NCBI GenBank assembly: GCA_010909165.1
Contig: VJWM01000019.1
Location: 124,001-188,000, forward strand
DNA length: 64,000 nucleotides
Direction: 5' to 3'
DNA from: Anthoceros angustus
Lineage: Eukaryota; Plantae; Anthocerotophyta
Both the position numbers and the translations under genes were made by a program. Under the pieces are notes generated by a model, which saw only the letters and a program-made list of their open reading frames with translations, did not search any database and had not been told where the DNA came from. Position 1 is the first letter of the stretch. Each line of letters starts with the position of its first letter. Positions 23,916 to 35,300 of this stretch are shown in pieces.

Positions 23916-24870
23916 TCACCCGAGTGGGCGCGGTTCACCATCCAAGCCGGGCGGACCCATTGGGGTATACCGTGCGACTTGGTAAGGTCCCATCCATCGT
24001 AGGTGGAGTTTACAGGAAGTGCATATGTAGTCGTAAGGAGGCGGATCTCCCTCCTTCACATACTCCCGATTCTCGCTATCATGCCACTTGCGTTGATTAC
24101 ATACCGATTGCATTATTGCGCCTCTTCCGGTCCTCCGTATCTTTGCACAAACCCTAGCAACGCTCCGTTGGCTCTCTTCATCCGTTAAGCGCCTTTCCAT
24201 CATGACCGGAGTGTTGGCACCTCAAACTCGACCGGCATAACGGGTGAGTGCCCATAGGTCGAATGTCTGAGTTCGTTGCGTGGTTACCTTCTGCCGTTAC
24301 GAGCGCCCATAGCGCGATGGCGGCTTTGTATCGATCGTGCGCATAGTTAACCGTCGCTTATTGAGGATGCGGCGGATAAGTCCATTGGTCTTCTCCGTCG
24401 GTCCGTTGGCCTTGGATTGTAGGGGCGTTTTCGATGTGTGATGCGAAATAGTCCGTCATTGCGGTTATCACATCATTGAGGAAATGGGTTCCCCATCCTT
24501 ACGGCGGACACCCATACCTTGTGATGATGTTTCGTGAGGAATTTGGCCACCGTGCTCGCGGTCCGTTCTAGTAGCGCTTCACCCACAGTGCGATGTCGTT
24601 GCCACCAAGATGTACCGCTTTTGTGTGTGCCTCGTGGTTGGTGTATGGGTCCAGAGTCGATGCCCACTTCTCAAAAGGCGCTAGTGCTAGTATGGGCACT
24701 AACGGCCATTGAGTTGTGGCGTCGGCTTCCGATCCGGTGACAAGCATCACACTTCTTCACAATTGGTGTGTTTCCCCATACATGGTGGGCCACGATTACC
24801 CGACCTCAAGATTTTCTTGGTGGTGACTGCTGTTGCATAATGTCCACCACCTAGTCCTTCGTGCATCCCT
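23916..24870 (-). CDS. Integrase (frameshifted as assembled) with C-terminal GPY/F motif
   Basis: GGHYATAVTTKKILRSG..KKCDAC; WPLVPILALAPFEKWGIDSGPI; NGPTEKTNGL; KLHLRWMGPYQV. No chromodomain follows. Confidence 0.9.
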
Positions 24871-25179
24871 TTATTACCACCTCCGTCTCACTTTGTTGGG
24901 TACCTTCGTTCCACGCCATCCGCCCCACCTTAAAGATGCAACGTTATACAGAAAGGCGGCGTAGTGCACAAAGGCTGCGGACCGGTTCGATTCGTTGGTA
25001 GCTCCATCTCCCATAGGTACCGTTCCAACTCCGCAGAGGGCCGCCCCGCGTCCGCTCCCTTCTCCGCCGTGGGTCCATGTCCACCTTAGGGTTTGTCCAT
25101 TGTGCTCCTCTACCTCCTCCTCTATCGCCACCAATTCCTCATCAGGAAGGCGTCCTCTTGATCCTGCGGGGCGGGCTCG

Positions 25180-25530
25180 TCTTTAATCACGGAAGTCGGC
25201 GTTTTGGTGTTGCTTCCTTGCCTAGTCTCCACCTCAAATGTGAACTCCTGTGAGAATCCACCTCGCAATCCGTCCGACAAGTCCGCCTTGTTCACCAAAT
25301 GCTTGGCGAGTGATCAACATAGAACACAAACTCATTGGGCGAAGGTAGTGCAGAATTTCTTAACGCGTATACCATTCCCAATGCCTCTCGCTCCGTAGTA
25401 GTGTACCTCCGTTCGCGTCGTGTTGTCTTCAGCGTAGTAGATTGGGTGATCCCTCCGTTTATCATCTTTTGGTGAGCACTACCGATGGCGGTGACACATC
25501 CACGTACACATGGAATCGCTTCCCCGGTCC
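25180..25530 (-). CDS. Retrotransposon RNase H
   Basis: KRFHVYVD; DHPIYYA; ERRYTTTEREALGMVYALR; NEFVFYVDH; KHLVNKADL..RIARWI..QEFTFEV. Confidence 0.9.
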
Positions 25531-26350
25531 TTTGAGTCTGGGGCCGACAGTGGTGCGGAGGTCTCTGAATGCCGCCTCCCTCTCTGGCGTCCAGGTCCAT
25601 TCCTCCTCCTTCCTGAGTAGCTCTGTTAGCCTGGAGGCCCTCTTTGCAAAATCTTGTATGAAACGCCTATAGTAACCCACCATGCCCAGGAATCCCCGTA
25701 ACTCCTTCAAGTTCGTTGGTGGTGCGGTGGATGACTTTCACCTTGTCTTGGTCCACCTCTATCCCTCTTGACACTCGGTGCCCCAACAAGATTCCCTCTG
25801 TCATGCAGTAGCATTTCTCGGGATGCGAGCCTGTTGAGTCTCCTACATCGTTCCAAACACTTCCATAATGTCACGTGTTTGTCCTCCTCTCGTGCACAGT
25901 CGTCAAGAACACCTCCATGAAGTCCCTCGAATTCCGGAAGACATTGGTCACCATCCGCATAAATGATCCGGGTGCTCTGTCATCCGAAGGCACTCCGTTT
26001 GTAGGCAAGCGTCCCCACTCCGTGGTGAATGTTGTCTTATCGGTCAGGCTCCCTTAGGTGTAATCGGTTGTAGCCGAGTAGCCGTCAAGAAGGAGTAGGT
26101 ACTCGTCACGCCACCTTGTCGATATGTCCACAAAGGGCATGGGAAATGGTCCTTTCCGTGGCGGCGTTAAGCTTTCTCCAGTCTGGCGGACCGAATCGCC
26201 CTGCTTCTTGACACGACCACAATGGGCGCCACCCACTCCTTATTCACGATTGGGAAGATGATGTCGCTTCCGGATACTTATCCGGGACTTCCTTGACCTT
26301 GGCGAGTGCTTGGGATTGATTTATCTTGCCTAATCCGAGCAGGCACCGCT
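25530..26350 (-). CDS. Reverse transcriptase
   Basis: PFPMPFVD..LDGYSGYN; DKTTFTTEWG; FMEVFLDD (~25899-25922); EGILLGH; ELRGFLGMVGYYRRFIQDFAKRA. Confidence 0.93.
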
Positions 26351-26841
26351 CACGGCTTATCTATCCGGTGTTATTTTGTTTGAATGCCTTCATATGTGAC
26401 CTTGAAAGCGAACACCTCATGAATTCCCCAACAAGCGTGAGGTCTTGTTTAACTCGATGGCATACCCTTGCGAATTTTAGGAATTTCCACGCGAACCTCC
26501 ACGTCTTCCACATCGTCGGGTTGGGTCTCTCTTTCCCTCGCCGCTTCGTCGCCAGTCATCCTCTCCATCGGTTCATCTTCACGCATTCCCCACTCGGAAG
26601 AGTTCGTCAGTGAACAGGTTCTTCTTGGTCCTCCTCATCGGGATTCCTCCTCTTGTCCTCCGACTTCCACTTGAGCGGTGATCACCACTCCAAAGGTGTC
26701 CCTCGATAGTCCATTTCTTCTTGGACCACGTGATTTTGGGAAAGGGTAGTCCTCATTCGTATCCTCGCTCATCGTCCCCTTGTCTTGGCGGACCCTACGT
26801 GGTCTTGTGGTTTCACCACAGTGTGTCCTTACTCAGTGTCG

Positions 26842-27174
26842 CTACCGTCCTTCCCTCACCTTCGGATCCCAGTCCACTGGCTTGAAGTGTATTTCCTTCC
26901 GTCCGAAGTGTAGTTTTGTCTGAGCGAGGCCCAGCCAAGGCCGCCCCAACAGGACCTCATACCCCAGAGGTCCGGCGGGTCTGATGACGACGAAATCTAA
27001 TGTATAGGGGGCTCCCGCTATGGTGGCTTGGACTCCGGACAACTCCCCTGCTGGCGCTCGCCGCGACATGTCCGCCATCCTGAGGGTTTTGGTGGATGGC
27101 TCGAAGGTGGTGAACCCCAGCCGTCTTGCGGTGGCCTCGGTGATGAGGTTCACTCGACCCGTGTCTAGAGGCAC
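26842..27174 (-). CDS. Retropepsin aspartic protease
   Basis: LDTG..NLI, LRMADMS, DFVVI and EVLLGRPWL motifs. Confidence 0.92.
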   Translation of the reverse strand: MPLDTGRVNLITEATARRLGFTTFEPSTKTLRMADMSRRAPAGELSGVQATIAGAPYTLDFVVIRPAGPLGYEVLLGRPWLGLAQTKLHFGRKEIHFKPVDWDPKVREGR

Positions 27175-27299
27175 GTTTTAATTACACCCGCAATTTCCAC
27201 TGCTGGCGCCCGAGTCCGTATGAGATCGACCCTTACCTCCACGTTCTTGCCCTTAGGACCAAGGAGTTCCGCGTGGTTGCGTTTCCACGATGGCCTTCC

Positions 27300-29150
27300 G
27301 GACTTCAGCCGATACGGGTTGTCTTTAACAAGCGCCTAAGGGACACCAAGTGTTGTTGGTCCATCATCAAGTCGGCCACCTTGAAAGGGCGGGTGGTTCT
27401 CTGCGTCACGCGTCGCCTTGTCTCCTCGGCGTTTGGCCGCTTGTGTGGTGGTCGGACCCAGGTCTGTCGGAGTTCTTCTTGAAGCATCTCGGTCACTTCT
27501 CGGACCACATCCGGTGGAAGCTGCGGCGTTGCCGTGGGTGAGTCCGCTTCTCGAGACTCCGGTGGCTTTTGGTTTCTTCTCTTGGCTGCCGGTTTAACTC
27601 GTCCTCTTTGGCGGGTTCGGCTTCCTTGGTGTTCCGTCCTCCGTATCCGTGGGACTATCCCATTTCTTCCTCTTGCTGTCTCCGTTCCTTCGCTCCTTTC
27701 GGCGACTCGGGTTGACACTTCCGGTACCTCGGTCCGCCTTCTTCTCCTTGGCGAACTTGCCCGTACCACCTCGTTCGAGCTCCTCGGTGCCTCCTCCCCT
27801 CCGTTGTCGTCTTCAATTTGTAATGAGCCTTAGGGAGGGCGTGGCGGTCTCTCCAGCCGGGTGGCGTGGCGCACCGTCCTCGGCGAGTTCGGACCTGGGT
27901 CACACGCCATGTGCCGCACCCATCTCCACCACGTTCAAAGTCCCGTTGCCTTTGGGGTATGGGCACGTTGGAGTAGTGTCCGGGGTTCCCACAGTTCCAA
28001 CAGACCACCGCCGCCCTGAGAATTCCTGGAGGGGCTCCCATGCGGTGCTGCATCGGAGGTCGATGCACAGACGGACCAGCTGCTGTGGGGTACATCGTCC
28101 TGGGATACCGTGGTCCCGGTTGTGCTTCTTGCACTTGGTATGCGTCCTCCCACTGTTCCTCGGACTCTTCCCCGTAGTCGTACTCCACCTGGTTCACGGG
28201 TCTGGAGGGGCAGTTGGCCTTCGAATGCCCATGTTGGTGACACCGCACACCACAAATGAGTCGGACCGTGGTGGCCACCTTCGCGTTCTTTATCCTTCAC
28301 GGTTGATCGTCAACTCCTCCACCTCTTCATTACCGTTCTAGATCTTCCCTCGGCCGCTACTTCCTTCAAAGGAGGCTGGGTCGGACCTCTCGTCAGTGCG
28401 GGCATCATGACCTCCTTCTTTTCCACCCTCACGACTACGGGCTTCTTCTTCTTTTTGGCGGGTTCTTCTTCTTCCATGACCTCCTCAGTTCTTCTTGAGT
28501 CCTCTTCCTCTTCCTCCGTGTGCCTCGGTCTCATCATCCTCCTCGTCAGGGTTCTTCATCTTGTCCGACCCCGTTTCTTCTTTTTCTTCTTTCCTCCTGG
28601 AGTCCTCGGCCGTCGTTGGTGCATCGATTCTTCATAGTTCTCCGCCGGACCGCCTTGCTCACATCTTTCTGCCAGCGGCACGTGCTTAGCCATTGGCTTG
28701 GATAAGCCATTGCGAACCGCGCTTTGCATGGTAGTGTGAGTGGGGTGCGGTCCGGCATAGGCGTTCGATGTCTGATCCCAACTTCTCCGTCTTTCCTCGC
28801 TTGATTCTCGAGTTTGGACAAGACGTAGCCTTCTTGATCGATTCGCGGAATCTTTCTAGAAGGCATCCTTCAATCTTGAAGGTTGCGGTGCGTTACGGGT
28901 GGTATTTCCTCCGATACCAGCAGGCAGCCTGTCCCGGACCCTTGGAGCAATTTGAATGAGCGCATCCGAACCTTCTCCGTTGAAGTTTGCGCGACGAAAT
29001 CCTCCACGAAGGTTTCGTCCTCTCCTTCTTACCTCCAAAGAGAATCGCTTGCTTGGTCGGCGTTGTTGCCATCGTCGCGATCGTGAGGGTGAGGATCTTA
29101 CCGCTGACTTGGTCTTCCGTCCTCCTCTCGATCCGACAACTCCACCACTT
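27300..29150 (-). CDS. Gag (capsid-like core, charged linker, two CCHC zinc knuckles); boundaries approximate
   Basis: LKDAF.ERF..IDQEGYVLSKLEN gag-like helix; EEEE/KKKK linker; VRCHQHGHSKANC (~28208-28255); CWNCGNPGHYSNV(C) (~27961-28006). Confidence 0.82.
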
Positions 29151-29285
29151 ACATTGGTGGTGTCCTCGCCTCGAGCTCGTCGTCTCTCACGTGCGCTCGG
29201 GCGCTCGGCGATCTGGCGTCCGACTCTCTAGTAATTCTCCTTAACTACCTCCGTCCTCACGCATCCACGCTTGCTACGATTTCAT

Positions 29286-29300
29286 TCCCCAGCAGCGCCA
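29286..29300 (-). other. Primer-binding site, tRNA-Asp-like
   Basis: Minus strand TGGCGCTGCTGGGGA, 3 nt from the 5' LTR end. Imperfect match to TGGCGCCGTTGCCGGGGA, the tRNA-Asp PBS of Athila elements. Confidence 0.7.
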
Positions 29301-29303
29301 AAA

Positions 29304-32300
29304 TGTGGCGCGACTTTTTTACGGCCGGGCGCGCACAATCCGTGTCGTTGTAGGAAGAGTCCGTTCCCAAAGGAATGAGCTCCGTTTGCGTTTGGTGATT
29401 CGTCTTACTTTACGTCCTCGGTCGCGCACAACTCCCACTACTCACCACGCGACCGGTATGGCCAAGCGTTTAAGGACCCGTTCGCGTCCGTATCGTTCAC
29501 GTTCGTCTCTCACACCGTCCTCCTCTCTCACACTACACTTATCGGTCTTAAGGAAGGCAGCGCGGGTTACCGTCGGACCTCCTCGTCGTTCCGGGCCTCT
29601 CCGTCCGCGCTCGCCGCCCTCCGAGTTCCTCCGGCTCACGTTCCGGTCCGTTCGGTCGGGTGGCGGCTCGGGCGAAACGGGTCCCAGTCACCCTTCCTGC
29701 ACACACCACAACACGTTAGGTCGTCACGGGACCACGATCAATCTCCGGGGCGTGCACCTTTCGGTGACTCGGGACTCACGTTAGCAGAAGACACACAAGG
29801 TGCAGAGCGCGGCATCAACACCAAGGAAAGATGATTTATTGAGGCCCTCTTATACTACGCCGGTCGTCTTTATTACACCCTATTACGGTGAGCGGCCATT
29901 TCGGTATGCCTAATCGCCGCCTACCATCCTATTTCCTCCTCCTATCTCCTTCGTGGGTGGGAAGGTCCGTTCCTTCTTGGGATTGGTGGTCCAATCTCCG
30001 CCGACAATTGCGGCGCAATCGGATGATCCGGCGGGGCCCTCCTTTCCCGGAATCATCGGGTTGGGCTCGTGGCGGTCGGCGACCGTTACCAACGTCATCC
30101 TCCCCCTCCTTCCGTGGGTCCCCTCGGTGGGGCCCCTATCTCCCCTAGCGTAAGTCGAGGGGCTCCTCCTTCTTGCAGTCGGACCTCGAGGTCGGTCTCG
30201 ACTCCGAACTGAACTCCAAGGTCGGTTTATTTCCCAGTCAGGGGTGGGGTCCTCGTCTCGGGTTCGGACCTCGGGGTCCGTCTCAGTCCGATCTCAAACT
30301 CGGACCCCTTCACTGGACCTCGTCTTGCTAGGTCCTCCTCCTTACCCCGACCCTTGTCTTGGTGGGTTGGCTCCCGGTTGCACCCCCTGCAGCCCTCACC
30401 CCCTCGGATCGGGTGGTGGTGAACTTACCTTGGTCCTGCGTCCCGCTCCTCTGGGCTCCCTCCTTGTGCCGTCGTCTCAAGCAGGGCCCCTAGGGTCCTG
30501 TCTCCGTGCCCTTCTTCCCCTCAGGCCTTCAGGCCGTCTTTCGTGGTGAGAGGCCTCCTGAGCTCGGTGTGGTAATAGGCAAAGTCCGAATCCACTTGGA
30601 TTGCCTCTTCCACGTGTGCCGGAGCACCGATACTCCCTTCGCCATGATGCCCGGAGTCGAGCCTTGCCGCTTGTTGCTCCACCTCCGGGTCTTGGCCTCC
30701 GCCTCCTTGTGGCGAGCTTCCCTCCTTGTGCGAGCCTCGGTCACCTCCATGATCGTCATGCTCACTTGCTCCAACTCTCCCTCGTTTCGTTCGCCTGCCG
30801 ATAGCAGCGTTCCCCTTGACTTCCTCGGTGGACGGCTTCTTGCTTCCGCCCTCTCCTTGTCCATTATTGGCTCTCGCCATCTCCCGCTCAGGGGTCGGGC
30901 CGCGGGCTGGCTTCACCAGGCCTTTCCATCGGCGGCGTCCTGCTCCTGTTCCATCGCCTTCTTCCGTCCGCCAACCCGGGCGTTCGCGTTCCTGTCTAGA
31001 ACTTCCTCTCAATGATAGTTTGGGCTGCGGCTCAAAGTCTCCAGTCCTCCATCTCCACTGCTGCTCCACCTCCGGCCCGAGTCAGATCCTCCACCTCCTT
31101 GTGGCGAGCTTCTTGGGCTGGTTGGTCCGCTTGCTCCGCCTCTGCTCCATCTTGAGCTGGGCGCTCTATCTCTCGAAGTCTTGGATTCTCCCATTGAGAA
31201 TTCCTTGCTCAAGCGTCTTGGGTTGTAACTCCAAGGTGTCCTTCTTGTCCTCCTCCGCCTCCCTTCTACCTCCTGCAGTGCACAGGGTCCCCAATTTCCG
31301 GGTCTTGGCCTCCTGTTCGCACGGCTTGCTCTTGCTCCTTGACCACTTGCTCGGCCTTGATTGGCGTGGCTCTCTCGGCCGCCTCCCTCCACCGGTTCGA
31401 TCACGCCGATAGTGATCGCGATCGGCGCCGTGGCCTCCGCCTCCTTGGCCACCTTCACGAGCCTCTCGGCTTGGCTCGTCGGTCAGTGCCTCGCGGATCC
31501 GCCCGTTACGCTTGCGCCGGGCGTCCTCGCTTCTGTGCGCTCGCCCCTGCACTGCGAGGTCCTCCGCCGCTTGGGCCTCCTTACCTTGGTGTTCCTCCGG
31601 TGAAGGAATTTAGTCCGGTCCTTGCGGATGGACGGACCTCCCTCTCCGCCTCCGGCGTTTTCCTTCCTCAATCCGGCCGAGCTTGGCCTTCCTTCTCGCC
31701 TCCACAGGCTCCCTCCAGCTGCTCACGGAGGTACCATGCGCCTCGGGTGGCTTCTACCTCCACAGGTCTTCTCGGCCATCCCGAGACCCCAGGCATACCG
31801 TCCATGGGTAGCAGGACCCGTGTTTCTTCCACGGCAGTGAGGCTCCCACAAAGTCCGTGGCGGGGCCGGCATCTCACGGTCCGCCAAGGACCTCCATACC
31901 ATTGTCCGGGAGTAAGTCGGTGGGTTCTCGGACCTAATCGGGACCCTTAGGTCACGAGTCTTGGCTCGGGCTTCCCCTCCTTGGCCCTTTTGGCGCGAGC
32001 TCCTTCTCGCCCTTTTCCTCCACAGGGCTCGGAGGAGGTGAGGAGTCAGGAGCAAGCCTTTTGCCCCTTCAGCGGCAGGACCGGCTCGGTGTGGTGTGTC
32101 CTCGCTCCACAGGCGTCCTTCGCCTCCTCTGCTTCCTCCGCTTCTTGCCACTCAGGTGGCGGGGAGAATCTTGGCACCGGAGGTGCAGCGTTGGTAAGTG
32201 GTCTTGCGTCTCTTGGCTCCCTCACAGTCGTGGGGCTCCTCGGGGAGTGATGGCGGTGGAGGCTGGTCGGGCGCTTCTGCTGGTGGCTCTGGTCGGTCAG

Positions 32301-35300
32301 TGCCTCGCGGATCCGCGCCCGTTACGCTGCGCCCTCCTCCTTCTGTGCGCTCGCCCCTCTGCGGAGGTCCTCCGCGCGCTTGGGCCTCCTTAGTGCCTTG
32401 TGTTCCTCCGGTGAAGGAATTTAGTCGGTCCTTGCGGATGGACGGACCTCCCTCTCGCCTCCGGCGTTTCCCTCCTCAATCCAGAGCTTGGCCTTCCTTC
32501 TCGCCTCTGGGCTCCCTCCAGCTGCTCACGGAGGTACCATGCGCCTCGGGTGGCTTCTACCTCCACAGGTCTTCTCGGCCATCCCTTGAGACCCCAGGCA
32601 TACCGTCCATGGCGGTGGCAGGACCCGTGTTTCTTCCACGGCGGCTGTGAGGCTCCCACAAAGTCCGTGGCGGGGCCGGCATCTCACGGTCCGCCAAGGA
32701 CCTCCACTGCTGTCAGTAAGTCGGTGGGTTCTCGGACCTAATCGGGACCCTTAGGTCACGAGTCTTGGCTCGGGCTTCCCCTCCTTGGCCCCAGCGCGAG
32801 CTCCTTCTCGCCCTTTTCCTCCACAGGGCTCGGAGGAGGTGAGTCAGCAAGCCTTTTGCCCCTTCATCGGCAGGACCGGCTCGGGGTGGTGCAGTGTCCT
32901 CCGCTCCACAGGCGTCCTTCGCCCTCTGCTTCCTCCGCTTCTTGCCACTCAGGTGGCGGGGAAGAATCTTGGCACCGGAGGTGCAGCGTTGGTGGTGGTC
33001 TTGCGTCTCTTGGCTCCCTCACAGTCGGCGGGGCTCCTCGGTAGGAGTGATGGGGTGGCGGGCTGCTGGTCGGGCTTCTGCTGGGCTGCTGGTTGGGGCA
33101 CGGAAGGAGGCGGGGAATTTCTTCCCATACTTCCACAGGTGGTGAGGGGTCCGTTCAGCGTATAGTCAGGAATCCTCGATCGTCCTCCTCCGTCCGTTTG
33201 GCTTGACGGGCCTCCTCCCTCGGCGCCCTTGCCCGCTCCACTTCCGGAGCCTCAGTCCTTTCGGGCGCTCGCTCAAGCTCTCCTTCCTTGAGGAGCTCGA
33301 AATGCCCCCATACATGGATCGGTATGGGGGCCCCGATGGCGAGGTCTGAGCTTGCGAGCCTCACAGCTAAGCGGCGAAAATAATCCTTCCGGTCGCCCTC
33401 TTCCCATTGCGGTAGCGTGCGGGGAATACCAGATTATCACCAAGGTGATCCACCTTGGTGAGTAGGTTCGATGGACAATGATCCGGGCCACCGCCCTTAC
33501 TCGGCATCAGCGGTCGGATGTCGACCAACCGTTGGTGGTCGTGCGTCGAGCCTTCGCCACTGCGTGGCCCTATCTTCCCCTTCGCCTTGAGGGGCTCACC
33601 TCCCGAGTTGGATAGCTGGCGGGCTGCTTCTCGAGTGCAGGCGCCTCAGTCACCTCCATGATCGTGTTGTTGCTCCACTTGCTCCACCTCCTTGTCCTCC
33701 TCCCTCGGCGCCCTTGCCGCCATAGCGTTCCCCTTCCTCGGTGGACGGCTTCTTATGCCTTCCGCCCTCTCCTCCTTGTCCATTCGGCGTTAACTCCATC
33801 TCCCGCTCAGGGCGGTCAACTGCCCGGCGGGCGGCTTCGCCCTTTTCCATCTCGGCGTCACGCTCCTGTTCCATCGCCTCCGGCTCCGTCATGCAGGCGG
33901 GCGCTCTATTTCGTTCGCGACCATATCCTAGAACTACCATTCCTCTCAATGATAGTTTGGGCTGCTCAAAGTCTCCTTCCTCCATCTCCCGCTTCTGCTC
34001 CACCTCCGGGCGAGTGGAGATCCTCCACCTCCTTGTGGCGAGCTTCTTGGGCTGGTTGGTCCGCTTGCTCGCCACCTCTGCTCCATCTTGAGCGGGCGCT
34101 CTATCTCACTCGAAGTCTTGGATTCTCATTGAGAATTCCTTGCTGCTCAAGCGTCTTGGGTTGTAACTCCAAGGTGTCCTTCTTGTCCTCCAACTCCTGC
34201 CGCCTCCCTTATACCTCCTGCAGTGCCCACAGGGTCCCCGATTTCCGGGTCTTGGCCTCCGGTGTTCTGCCCGGCTTGCTTGCTCATGACCACTTGCTCG
34301 GCCTTCAGATTGGCCGTGGCTCTCTCGGCCGCCTCCCTCCACCGGTTCCGATCACGCCGATAGTGATCGCGATCGGCCGCCCGTGGCCTCCGCCTCCTTG
34401 GCCACCTTCACGAGCCTCTCGGCTTGGCTCTGGTCGGTCAGTGCCTCGCGGATCCGCGCCCGTTACGCTTGCGCCCGTCCTCGCTTCTCTGTGCGCTCGC
34501 CCCTCACTGCGGAGGTCCTCCGCGCTTGGGCCTCCTTGGCACTGTTCCTCCGGTGAAGGAATTTGGTCGGTCCTTGCGGATGGACGGACCTCCCTCTCGC
34601 CTCGGCGTTTCCTTCCTCAATCCGGCCGAGCTTGGCCTTCCTTCTCGCCTCACAGGCCCTCCAGCTCCACGGAGGTACCATGCGCCTCGGGTGGCTTCTA
34701 CCTCCACAGGTCTTCTCGGCCATCCCGACCCAGGCATACCGTCCATATGGTAGCAGGACCCGTGTTTCTTCCACGGCTGCTAGTGAGGCTCCCACAAAGT
34801 CCGTGGCGGGCGGCATCGGTCAGGACCTCCATACCTTGTCGGAGTGGCTGGGTTCTCGGACCTAATCGGGACCCTTAGGTCTGAGTGACTCGGAGCTTCC
34901 CCTCCTTGGCCCTTTTGGCGCGAGCTCCTTCTCGCCCTTTTCCTCCACAGGGCTCGGAGGAGGTGAGGGAGTCGGGAGCCTTTTGCCCCTTCCGGTCGGC
35001 AGGACCGGCTCGGTGTGCTGCAGTGTCCTCCTCAGGCCACGTCCTTTACGCCCTCCTTCTGCTTCCTCGCCTGCCACTCGTGGCGGGGAAGAATCTTGGC
35101 CCAGGGGGCCGTTGGTAGCCGTGGTCTTGCGTCTCTTGGCTCCCTCACAGTCGTGGGGCTCCTCGGTAGGAGTGATGGCGGTGGCGCTCTTGGGGTCGGG
35201 CTTCTGTGCGGTTGGGGCACGGAAGGAGGAGGAATTTCTTCCCATACTTCCACAGGTGGTGAGGGGTCCGTTCAGCGTATGGAGTCAGGAATCCTCGATC

